Part shown: one piece after another, positions 18,637-27,494 of the stretch
Layout of the letters: each line of letters opens with the position of its first letter
How positions within the stretch are numbered: the stretch's first letter is position 1
DNA from: an uncultured delta proteobacterium
Lineage (GTDB): Bacteria; Desulfobacterota; Desulfobacteria; Desulfobacterales; UBA2156
Assembly: GCA_963736855.1 (NCBI GenBank)
Contig: CAVTQK010000006.1
Coordinates: 97,370-161,369, forward strand
Direction of reading: 5' to 3'
DNA: 64,000 bases
Made by a program: the position numbers and the translations under genes
The notes under the pieces: model-generated
Databases searched by the model: none
The model's input: the letters and a program-made list of their open reading frames with translations, nothing else
What the model was told of the DNA's origin: nothing

Positions 18637-19221
18637 ATGGATATCAAAGCCTTTGCGGACCGTTATCTTGCCGAGCTTTCGGATGTGCTATCCGCCTTTA
18701 ACAAGGAACAATTCGACAAGCTGACCCGGCTCATCCTGGAGGCTTATGATCTCAATCGGTGCATCTTCATCATGGGAAACGGGGGGAGCGGCGCAACAGC
18801 ATCCCATTTTGCCTGTGATATCAACAAGGGGTGCTGCATGGATGTGGAAAAAAAATTCAAGGTCATCTGCCTGAATGACAACATCCCCACTCTTCTGGCT
18901 TACGCCAACGACTTATCCTACGACAGGATTTTCGTGGAACCGATGAAGAACTTTTTCAGCAAGGGGGATGTGGTGATCGGGATATCGGCAAGCGGAAATT
19001 CAGAAAATGTCATTAAAGCTATTGCTTTTGCCAATGAAAATGGCGGAAAGACTGCGGGTCTGTGCGGTTTTTCTGGAGGCAGGCTGGCTCAGATGGCGCA
19101 TGTTCCTTTCGTGGTTCGCGTGGACGACATGCAGAAAGTGGAAGATGTCCACGTCATCGTCATCCACATGATCATGCAGGCGGTCTATGCGGAGCTGCAT
19201 CCGGAGAACGGACTTCGATGA
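18637..19221 (+). CDS. gmhA: Sedoheptulose-7-phosphate isomerase (SIS domain)
   Basis: GNGGSGATASH, AYAND, ISASGNS, VEDVH. Confidence 0.85.
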   Translation: MDIKAFADRYLAELSDVLSAFNKEQFDKLTRLILEAYDLNRCIFIMGNGGSGATASHFACDINKGCCMDVEKKFKVICLNDNIPTLLAYANDLSYDRIFVEPMKNFFSKGDVVIGISASGNSENVIKAIAFANENGGKTAGLCGFSGGRLAQMAHVPFVVRVDDMQKVEDVHVIVIHMIMQAVYAELHPENGLR

Positions 19222-19745
19222 AACATGAGGCGCTTGTCCGGAAATGGTATGTGCTCCATACCAAAAGCCGTTTTGAAAACGTCGTCACCGAAGGCCTGAC
19301 GAAAAAATCGTTGGAAGTCTTTCTTCCAAAGATTCAGGTTCAAAGCAGACGCAAAGACCGAAAGCTCCTAATCCGGGTTCCCCTATTTCCCGGATATGTC
19401 TTTGTAAAAACCGACTTAAACCCTTATCAGCATCTGGAAATCGTCAAGACGGTGGGGGCGGTCCGACTCATCGGGAATAAAACCGGACCGGTTCCAGTTA
19501 GGGATGAAACGGTGACTTCTCTTCAAATCATGATAGCCACCGATCATTCGATTTCCACAGGGAGTCGTCTGAAAAGAGGAGACCGGGTCATGGTGGTAAA
19601 TGGACCCTTTACCGGGGTGACCGGCATCTTCATCCGTTACAAGAGCCAGAGCCGGGTCGTGGTCAATATCGAGGCGCTTGGCCAGTATGCCGCCGTGGAT
19701 GTAGATCAGGACGATGTGGAAAAGATCCCCCATTTCATTCCTTAA
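19218..19745 (+). CDS. NusG-paralog antiterminator (UpxY/RfaH/LoaP-like)
   Basis: WYVLHTKSRFE, PLFPGYVFV, KOW GDRVMVVNGPFTG; ATGA overlap with gmhA. Confidence 0.88.
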   Translation: MKHEALVRKWYVLHTKSRFENVVTEGLTKKSLEVFLPKIQVQSRRKDRKLLIRVPLFPGYVFVKTDLNPYQHLEIVKTVGAVRLIGNKTGPVPVRDETVTSLQIMIATDHSISTGSRLKRGDRVMVVNGPFTGVTGIFIRYKSQSRVVVNIEALGQYAAVDVDQDDVEKIPHFIP

Positions 19746-19817
19746 ATCTTGCCTTATTGCCCTTTTTCTTTTAGACTGTCTCCCGTGGTTTGACATCGGA
19801 AACCAATTTAAGCAGAG

Positions 19818-20909
19818 ATGGTGATCTCGTCGATGGAACCTGATTTTGACATCTTGAAACACCAGAAGCATGCGAACCGCCTTCTCGGGGCTTTTCTCAA
19901 AAGCGGCCATATCCCCCACGCCCTCCTATTCACGGGAATCGAGGGATCGGGTAAAAGAGACGCCGCTTTTGCCTTTGCCATGGCCTGCAACTGCGAGGAG
20001 TCCCCGACAGACTGGGTTCAAGGCTTAAAAAAAACCGTCTTCGGACCGATTCCCTGCGGTTGTTGTCTGCCCTGCCGCAAGATCGTTTCGGGGAATCACC
20101 CCGATATGATCCTTCTTGCCCCTGAACAATCAGTGATCAAGATCGCCCGGATCCGCCAACTCAGTCACGAACTCTCTTTAAAAGCCTATGAAGCCAAAAG
20201 ACGCGTTGCAGTGATCGTCGATGCGCCCCGGATGACACCGGAAGCTGGGAATGCCTTGCTCAAAATGCTGGAGGAACCTCCTCCTCAGACACTTTTGATT
20301 CTTACTGCTGTTCAGCGTTCCGATCTGCTCCCGACTCTGGTTTCCCGCTGCCACTCCATACGGTTCCACCCCCTCCCGGAGAGTCATATTGCCGCCGTCT
20401 TGCAGAACCGTCTCGGCCTTTCCGCGGAAGAGGCCGATGCACTGGCTCCTATGGCCAACGGGAGCCTGTCACGGGCACTTGCCATGGCGAACAGGGAGGC
20501 TGGTGCCTCAAAGTGGCTGAATCGCAGGGAGGCGATTATTTCCGCCTCCGGGTTAGATCACCCGGAAACGTTCTCTTTCGAGCCGCTCACCTTGTCCCTG
20601 GCCTTTGCAGAGCGGCTGTCTGACGAAAAGGAGCGTATCCCAGAGGCCCTCGAAATTCTGCAATGCTACCTTCGGGACCTCATAGCGCTTCGATGGACGT
20701 CACCCTATTTATTCAATAAAGACTTGACCCAAGAGATGCAATATGCTTCACAACATACCCGTCTGGAAGTGCTTATAACGCAAATTGAAGCGATTCAGCG
20801 GGCTCAAAGAAACCTTACGGCCAACGTGAATCCCAGGCTGGCATTGGAAACCATGATGATTCATCTTCGAAACGCCTGTCATGAACAAGATTGTCGGAAT
20901 CCGTTTTAA
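19818..20909 (+). CDS. holB: DNA polymerase III delta' subunit
   Basis: HALLFTG, CGCCLPC, HPD, NALLKMLEEPP, PTLVSRC. Confidence 0.93.
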   Translation: MVISSMEPDFDILKHQKHANRLLGAFLKSGHIPHALLFTGIEGSGKRDAAFAFAMACNCEESPTDWVQGLKKTVFGPIPCGCCLPCRKIVSGNHPDMILLAPEQSVIKIARIRQLSHELSLKAYEAKRRVAVIVDAPRMTPEAGNALLKMLEEPPPQTLLILTAVQRSDLLPTLVSRCHSIRFHPLPESHIAAVLQNRLGLSAEEADALAPMANGSLSRALAMANREAGASKWLNRREAIISASGLDHPETFSFEPLTLSLAFAERLSDEKERIPEALEILQCYLRDLIALRWTSPYLFNKDLTQEMQYASQHTRLEVLITQIEAIQRAQRNLTANVNPRLALETMMIHLRNACHEQDCRNPF

Positions 20910-21705
20910 GCCGACCGGGAAGGTCTATCATTTTGATTGCGGAGCCTTCGTGCTACATGAAAAGGACTCGGTGATCGTCGAAACCGAACAGGGTCTCGAA
21001 CTGGGCACTGTGGTGGTCGCTCCCTTTACTCGCGATGAAGACTTTTCGGGCAAACCTTTGAAAAAGGTGTATCGACTGGCCGTGGAGAACGATTTCAAGC
21101 AACTGGAACAAAACCGGGAAACAGAAAGGCGCGCCCTTGCCTTTTGTTTGAACAGCATCCTAAACTTGGGGCTTTCCATGCATCTATTTTCAGTGGAAAG
21201 TAATTTCGACGGCAACAAGCTGACCTTCTTCTTCACCGCGGAAGGGCGTATCGATTTCCGCCAGCTTGTGAAAATGTTGGTAAAAGAACTCGGTACCAGG
21301 GTGGAAATGCGTCAGGTCGGAATTCGGAATCAGGCTAAGATGTGCGGCGGGATCGGGCGCTGTGGAAGGATGTTCTGCTGCTCGAATTTTATCGAGAAGT
21401 TCGAGCCGATTTCCATACGTATGGCCAAAGAGCAGGGGCTGTCCCTCAACCCAACCAAGATTTCCGGGCAGTGTGGCAGATTGATGTGCTGTTTAACCTT
21501 CGAAAACGAAACCTATTTGGAATTGAAAAAAGAACTCCCGCCCATCGGCCATACGGTGAAGACCGCTCGAGGAGAAGGAAAAGTGGTCCGCCACAACATC
21601 ATTTGTGGCCGCATGGTCATTCAAATAGCCGACGGCCAGGAAATCGAAATTCATCGAGACGAAATCCAAGAAACAGAAAAGAGGTACAACAAAATTGACA
21701 TCTGA
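20881..21705 (+). CDS. ricT: PSP1-domain protein RicT/YaaT
   Basis: GRIDFRQLVK, GGIGRCGR, SIRMAKEQGLSLNPTKISGQCGRLMCCL. Confidence 0.92.
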   Translation: MNKIVGIRFKPTGKVYHFDCGAFVLHEKDSVIVETEQGLELGTVVVAPFTRDEDFSGKPLKKVYRLAVENDFKQLEQNRETERRALAFCLNSILNLGLSMHLFSVESNFDGNKLTFFFTAEGRIDFRQLVKMLVKELGTRVEMRQVGIRNQAKMCGGIGRCGRMFCCSNFIEKFEPISIRMAKEQGLSLNPTKISGQCGRLMCCLTFENETYLELKKELPPIGHTVKTARGEGKVVRHNIICGRMVIQIADGQEIEIHRDEIQETEKRYNKIDI

Positions 21706-23620
21706 ACCTTTTTACGTCACCACCCCTATTTATTATGTCAATGCCCGGCCACACTTGGGACACGCCTATACGACTCTTGTTGCGGATGTCCTGTGCCGGT
21801 ACCAACAAATGAAGCAAAAGGAGACATTCCTTCTGACCGGCACGGATGAACACGGCGACAAAGTGGTCCAAGCCGCAAAGGCGGAAAACGAAAGCCCCAA
21901 GGATTATGTGGATAAAATCAGCGGCCTTTTCCGTGACCTATGGCCGAAGCTGAACGTACGGCACCACGACTTCATCAGAACCACGGAGCCCCGGCACATT
22001 GCGGTGGTGGAACGTGTGCTTCAAAAGATCTACGACGCCGGCGATATCTACTTCAGCGAATACGAAGGCCTCTATTGTTTTGGGTGCGAACGTTTTTATA
22101 CCGAACATGAACTTAAAGACGGCAAATGCCCGGATCATGAAACGGAGCCCGAACGAATTAGAGAGCATAATTATTTCTTCAAGATGAGCCGGTATCAGGG
22201 ATGGCTCATCGATCACATTCAGTCCCATCCCGATTTCATCCGTCCGCAGCGGTACCGAAACGAGGTCCTGTCATTTCTGAAAGAACCCTTAGAGGACCTG
22301 TGTATCTCCCGCCCCAAGACCCGCCTGCAATGGGGCATTACGCTGCCGTTCGACAATAATTACGTCACCTATGTCTGGTTCGACGCTCTCTTGAACTATG
22401 TGTCCGCACTGGGATACCCCGACGGTGAGCGTTTCTTGAAACTCTGGCCCCATGCCCAACACATCGTTGCCAAAGACATCTTAAAGCCCCACGGCATATA
22501 CTGGCCTACTATGCTCAAGGCCGCCGGAATCCCGGTCTACCAGCACCTCAACGTGCATGGATATTGGAACGTGGACCAAAGCAAAATGTCCAAAAGCCTC
22601 AAAAACGTCATTGACCCCCTTGCCTTGATTCAAAGCTATGGACTGGATGCTTTTCGATTCTTCCTCATGCGAGAGATGGTCTTCGGGTTGGATGCCGGCT
22701 TTTCCGAGGCGGCTCTGGTCGCCCGCATCAACTCCGATTTGGCCAACGACTTGGGTAATCTGTTTTCAAGAACGTTGGCCATGGCCCACAAATACTTCAA
22801 AGGACGCGTTCCGGAAGTCTCACTCGAAGCCCGGCATGAAATAGGATTCAGCATTGAAAAAAAAGCAGGGGATACCGTTTCGGAATTTGAAGCGGCCATG
22901 GAATCCTTTGCCTTCCATAAAGCCCTCATGGCGGTCTGGGAATTTATCAACCAGTTGAACAAATACATCGACGTCACGGCTCCCTGGATACTGGCTAAGG
23001 ACCCTTCCCAACACGACCTTCTTGCCGCAGTCATCTCTAACCTGTTGGAAGGACTGTATGTCATATCGGGCCTGATCTATCCGGTCATGCCGAAAACAGC
23101 TCAAACCATGCAAAAACATTTAGGGCTGGAGCCCGATGCCCGGTTTTTCGACCTTGATCGGATAGGCCCGTTTAACCGGATACGCTCCGGAACTCATCTT
23201 CCTAAAGCGACTGCCCTTTTTCCGAGGATCGACACGGAGAAAAGAAAAAACCAAGGATCCGACGAGACCCATCCGGTCGTAGCGTTGCAAGCCGTCAAAC
23301 CTGAGATTGACATAGAAACCTTCCGTAAGCTTGACCTTCGGGTAGTCACCGTCTTGAAGGCCGAATCGATCCCTAAGGCCAAGAAACTTTTAGCGCTGGA
23401 AGTCGATATGGGAGAAATACGGACCGTAGTATCGGGCATCGCCCAAAGCTACAAGCCGGAAGACCTCATCGGCAAACAGATCGTTATGGCAGCCAACTTA
23501 AAGCCGGCTAAAATCATGGGAGTGCTTTCCAAAGGGATGATGCTGGCCGTCGCAGACGGAGATCATGCCGTCGCCCTGACCGTGGATAAACCGGTCAAGG
23601 CGGGGACTCCCGTCACTTGA
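21695..23620 (+). CDS. metG: Methionyl-tRNA synthetase
   Basis: HLGH, YVWFDAL, KMSKS, C-terminal tRNA-binding OB domain. Confidence 0.97.
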   Translation: MTSEPFYVTTPIYYVNARPHLGHAYTTLVADVLCRYQQMKQKETFLLTGTDEHGDKVVQAAKAENESPKDYVDKISGLFRDLWPKLNVRHHDFIRTTEPRHIAVVERVLQKIYDAGDIYFSEYEGLYCFGCERFYTEHELKDGKCPDHETEPERIREHNYFFKMSRYQGWLIDHIQSHPDFIRPQRYRNEVLSFLKEPLEDLCISRPKTRLQWGITLPFDNNYVTYVWFDALLNYVSALGYPDGERFLKLWPHAQHIVAKDILKPHGIYWPTMLKAAGIPVYQHLNVHGYWNVDQSKMSKSLKNVIDPLALIQSYGLDAFRFFLMREMVFGLDAGFSEAALVARINSDLANDLGNLFSRTLAMAHKYFKGRVPEVSLEARHEIGFSIEKKAGDTVSEFEAAMESFAFHKALMAVWEFINQLNKYIDVTAPWILAKDPSQHDLLAAVISNLLEGLYVISGLIYPVMPKTAQTMQKHLGLEPDARFFDLDRIGPFNRIRSGTHLPKATALFPRIDTEKRKNQGSDETHPVVALQAVKPEIDIETFRKLDLRVVTVLKAESIPKAKKLLALEVDMGEIRTVVSGIAQSYKPEDLIGKQIVMAANLKPAKIMGVLSKGMMLAVADGDHAVALTVDKPVKAGTPVT

Positions 23621-23675
23621 AACCCACAATCGGCAACATGCACAGCTGGATTTAAAACGATTTAGCCTAAATCTC

Positions 23676-25097
23676 ATGAAACCCGAACTCTCCAAAGAAA
23701 AACCCATATTGACCCCATCACCCCGTCAAACCTGGCAGGACTATCAGGCCGAATTGAAACGCCGGAATATCCGCAAAAGACACACCCGCAGGTTGGTTCG
23801 GTGTGTCATGTTCCTGCTGGTCCTTGCAGCATCTCTTTACGGTCTGTCGGTAAGGATCGATGGATTCTCCGGCACTCCGAAAGATTTTTCCGAACCAAAG
23901 CCGAGCCTTGCTCTCTCTGATCCGTCAGATTCCCAAGCGAATAAAACACCGGATTTGGATATTAAGAAAAACAATTGGACGGCCTTGTGGAGAAACCCGT
24001 CGTCCTTAAAAGAAATACGACCTCAATGGACCTTCCATCAAGACGGCAAGCGCTTTTCCGTGGAAACTACACTAAACGCTTCCCTGCAGCACTTTTTGAA
24101 TGATAAGATAGATCGAAAATTACCGAAACAGGTCGCCGTAGTGGTCGTAGAGCCTTCAACCGGACGTATCTTGGCCCTTGCAGGGCACGACCGGATCAAT
24201 CCTACAAACAACCCGTGCTTGAAAAGCGACTTTCCGGCAGCCAGTATTTTCAAAATCGTCACTGCTTCGGCCGCTGTTGAAAAACACGCTTTTAAACCCG
24301 AGACCTCGTTTTTCTACAACGGACAAAAACATACTCTGTATAAATCCCAGCTAAAGAACACCAGGAATAAATACAGCCATTGGATCACGTTACGGGATTC
24401 CTTTGCCCAATCCATCAATCCTATATTCGGGAAATTGGGTATTTATCATCTTGATATGTCTGAAATCGAAAATTATGCCCGGGCATTCGGATTCGGAGAA
24501 GAAATCGAATTTGAGTTGGGAAAGTTCCGAAGCAGTCTGTTCGTTTCCGAGGAGCCTTATCATTTGGCGGAGATTGCCAGCGGATTCAACCGGAAAACCA
24601 CCCTCTCTCCATTGCACGGAGCCCTCATCGCATCGGCTGTCCTCAACGGCGGGAGGTTCATGTCGCCGTCACTCATCGATCGGGTCACCAACGGGGACGG
24701 CGAAACGGTTTATCAGGGTCATACTTCCCAGATCAGCCAAGCGATATCTCCAAGCACCGCATCGGTCCTCTCGGATCTCATGCAGGCCACCATCCGATCC
24801 GGAACCTCCCGTAGAGCCTTCAGCGGTTACCGTTATGACAAGGTGTTGTCGAAGCTGATCATCGGAGGAAAAACCGGTTCAATTTCCAACATCACCCAGA
24901 CTTCCAAATATGACTGGTTCGTCGGCTTTGCCAAGGAAAAAGGGAGGGCGGAAAGCATCGCCGTCTCGGTGCTCGTGGTTCACGGAGAAACGCTTTCCAG
25001 GAGAGCCGGATCTTATGCGCGGATGGCCATTAAGGCCTATTATGAGGAGCATTTCAATGGAAAATCGGCCGTTTCCAATAATAAAAGGCGTTCCTGA
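23676..25097 (+). CDS. Penicillin-binding protein, transpeptidase domain
   Basis: N-terminal TM; SIFK, SIN, KTG motifs. Confidence 0.88.
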   Translation: MKPELSKEKPILTPSPRQTWQDYQAELKRRNIRKRHTRRLVRCVMFLLVLAASLYGLSVRIDGFSGTPKDFSEPKPSLALSDPSDSQANKTPDLDIKKNNWTALWRNPSSLKEIRPQWTFHQDGKRFSVETTLNASLQHFLNDKIDRKLPKQVAVVVVEPSTGRILALAGHDRINPTNNPCLKSDFPAASIFKIVTASAAVEKHAFKPETSFFYNGQKHTLYKSQLKNTRNKYSHWITLRDSFAQSINPIFGKLGIYHLDMSEIENYARAFGFGEEIEFELGKFRSSLFVSEEPYHLAEIASGFNRKTTLSPLHGALIASAVLNGGRFMSPSLIDRVTNGDGETVYQGHTSQISQAISPSTASVLSDLMQATIRSGTSRRAFSGYRYDKVLSKLIIGGKTGSISNITQTSKYDWFVGFAKEKGRAESIAVSVLVVHGETLSRRAGSYARMAIKAYYEEHFNGKSAVSNNKRRS

Positions 25098-25143
25098 TGC
25101 GGTATCAAGCCCATAATCTAAAAAAAGTTTGAGGAGATAGAAT

Positions 25144-26334
25144 ATGCCCGGATTTGAACGGTTTGATGATGCAGAGAGGAAAGAAGTCCAGGAAGTCCTT
25201 GAAACCGGCGTTTTGTTCCGTTACGGATTCGATTCGGCGAGGCGCGGCCGGTGGAAGGCTCTTGAATTCGAAAGGGCTTTTGCCAAACGACTGGGAGTCG
25301 GGTTCTGTTACTTGTGCTCCAACGGGACGGCCTCCCTCAGCATCGCCCTGGCATCCTGCGGCATCGGCGCCGGAGACGAAGTCATCGTCCCACCCTTTAC
25401 CTTTGTAGCCACCATTGAAGCGGTCCTTCTTGCCGGAGCGATACCGATCTACACCGAAATCGACGATACCCTCTGTCTGGACCCCGATGCCGTTAAAAAG
25501 ACCATCTCCAGCCGCACAAAAGCGGTTATCGTTGTCCATATGTGCGGCGCCATGGCCAGAATCGATGAGATTCAGGCCGTATGCCGTGAACATGATGTGG
25601 TGCTCATCGAGGATGCCTGCCAATCCGTCGGCGCCACTTTCCAAGGTCAAGCCATAGGCACCTTCGGCCACATGGGATGCTTTTCCTTTGACCCGGTAAA
25701 GACCATCACCTGCGGGGAAGGAGGTGCTGTGGCTACCGACGATGAGAAGCGGTACCGGACGGCCATGGCCTTTGCCGATCACGGGCACGATCATTTGGGA
25801 ACCGACCGGGGCCGCGAGGGGCATCCGATCTTGGGAACCAATTTCCGTATCAGCGAACTCAATGCAGCGGTGGGCCTGGCCCAGTTGAGAAAACTCGATA
25901 CCTTCCTGGAGTTACAACGGAGACATAAACATCAGCTCTTGGAAATGATGGGTGCATTCCCCCGTATCACACCCCGGTACATCCCGGATAACGCCGGGGA
26001 TTCGGCCACTTTTCTTTCTTTCTTCCTTCCAAACGAGGAAAGCGCGCGGAAAACCGCATGCGCATTGGCGGAAAAAGGAGTTGATGGATGTTTTTACTGG
26101 TACGACAACAACTGGCATTACCTAAAACAATGGGACCATATCAAGAGGCTTAAAGCGCCCGCAAAGCTGCCTATCAGACTCATCGAATCAAGACCGGACT
26201 ATCAGAAGATTCATCTTCCCCGTTCGGACAGCATCATGAGCTGTATGATTTCCATGCAGATCAAGCTCTCCTGGACCGAAGAGGATATCCAAAAAAGAAT
26301 GGATGCGATGGCTGATATATTTTCCAAAATTTGA
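25144..26334 (+). CDS. kdnA: DegT-family aminotransferase, 8-amino-Kdo transaminase-like
   Basis: MPGFE start, SFDPVKTITCGEGG, DHGHDH, GVDGCFYWYDNNWHY as recalled for Shewanella KdnA; adjacent kdnB. Confidence 0.85.
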   Translation: MPGFERFDDAERKEVQEVLETGVLFRYGFDSARRGRWKALEFERAFAKRLGVGFCYLCSNGTASLSIALASCGIGAGDEVIVPPFTFVATIEAVLLAGAIPIYTEIDDTLCLDPDAVKKTISSRTKAVIVVHMCGAMARIDEIQAVCREHDVVLIEDACQSVGATFQGQAIGTFGHMGCFSFDPVKTITCGEGGAVATDDEKRYRTAMAFADHGHDHLGTDRGREGHPILGTNFRISELNAAVGLAQLRKLDTFLELQRRHKHQLLEMMGAFPRITPRYIPDNAGDSATFLSFFLPNEESARKTACALAEKGVDGCFYWYDNNWHYLKQWDHIKRLKAPAKLPIRLIESRPDYQKIHLPRSDSIMSCMISMQIKLSWTEEDIQKRMDAMADIFSKI

Positions 26335-26420
26335 CGAGGTATCTCTACCTAATTCCGGGGAGCACTCAGATCGGATAATTTAAAACACCGACAATTCGAA
26401 AACGACAAGGACTGACAATC

Positions 26421-27488
26421 ATGTTTCGAAACTTTAAAACAGTCTCACGGGTGCTCTATGGCCGTGGCAGCTTCGATCAGCTGGAGGATATCCTTCGAGA
26501 AAAACGGAAGGAAAATGGATCTTATATCGTCTTTATGGTGGATGAAGTATTCAAGGACCAACCTTTTCAGGACCGTATTCCCGCCCTTGAAACGGACCGG
26601 GTCATTTTTATCAACGTTAAGGAAGAACCCACCACCGATTATGTCGATGATCTGACTCTCAGAGTTCAGCGTCTTTCTGCAACGCCTCCGAACGGAGTCG
26701 TGGGAATCGGAGGGGGAAGCACCATGGACCTGGCAAAGGCCGTGTCATTGATGCTGACCAATCCCGGATCGGCAGCCGACTACCAGGGTTGGGACCTCAT
26801 CCGAAACCCCGCGGTTTACCATGTGGGAGTGCCGACCCTTTCAGGAACCGGAGCGGAGGTATCCCGAACCACCGTGCTGATCGGTCCTCAACGAAAACTA
26901 GGGATCAACTCCGACCATACGGTTTTTGACCAGATCCTCCTCGACCCGGATCTGATCGCATCGCCACCGGCCGATCAACGATTTTATACCGGGATGGATT
27001 GCTATATCCATTGTGTAGAATCCCTGAGCGGAACCTATTTAAATGCCTTCAGCAAGGCCTACGGTGAAAAAGCCATGGCCCTTTGCCGTGAAGTCTTCCT
27101 GACACCCACCACCGACGCGGATGAAAAGTTGATGATGGCATCTTATTTCGGAGGTATGAGTATCGTTTATTCACAAGTGGGTGTCTGTCACGCCTTATCC
27201 TACGGTCTTTCTTTCGTACTGGGGATCCACCATGGCATCGGAAATTGCATCGTCTTCAATCGGCTTGAAGAATTCTATCCCGAAGGTGTTCGCGAATTCA
27301 GGCGGATGATGGATTTCAACGGGATCTCTTTGCCGGAAAATCGGGTCTCCGGCATCGAGGTTCAAAAACTGGAAAAGATGATCGACGTCTCTTTAACACT
27401 GGATCCCCTTTGGGAGAATGCGCTGGGAAAAACCTGGAAACGCGTTATGACCCGGGATCGGATCAAAGAACTGTATTTACGGATGTAA
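26421..27488 (+). CDS. kdnB: Iron-containing alcohol dehydrogenase, Kdo 8-oxidase-like
   Basis: GRGSF, GGGSTMD, YQGWDLI, GTGAE, FYTGMDCYIHCVESL, HHGIGNC. Confidence 0.85.
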   Translation: MFRNFKTVSRVLYGRGSFDQLEDILREKRKENGSYIVFMVDEVFKDQPFQDRIPALETDRVIFINVKEEPTTDYVDDLTLRVQRLSATPPNGVVGIGGGSTMDLAKAVSLMLTNPGSAADYQGWDLIRNPAVYHVGVPTLSGTGAEVSRTTVLIGPQRKLGINSDHTVFDQILLDPDLIASPPADQRFYTGMDCYIHCVESLSGTYLNAFSKAYGEKAMALCREVFLTPTTDADEKLMMASYFGGMSIVYSQVGVCHALSYGLSFVLGIHHGIGNCIVFNRLEEFYPEGVREFRRMMDFNGISLPENRVSGIEVQKLEKMIDVSLTLDPLWENALGKTWKRVMTRDRIKELYLRM

Positions 27489-27494
27489 ATCAAA

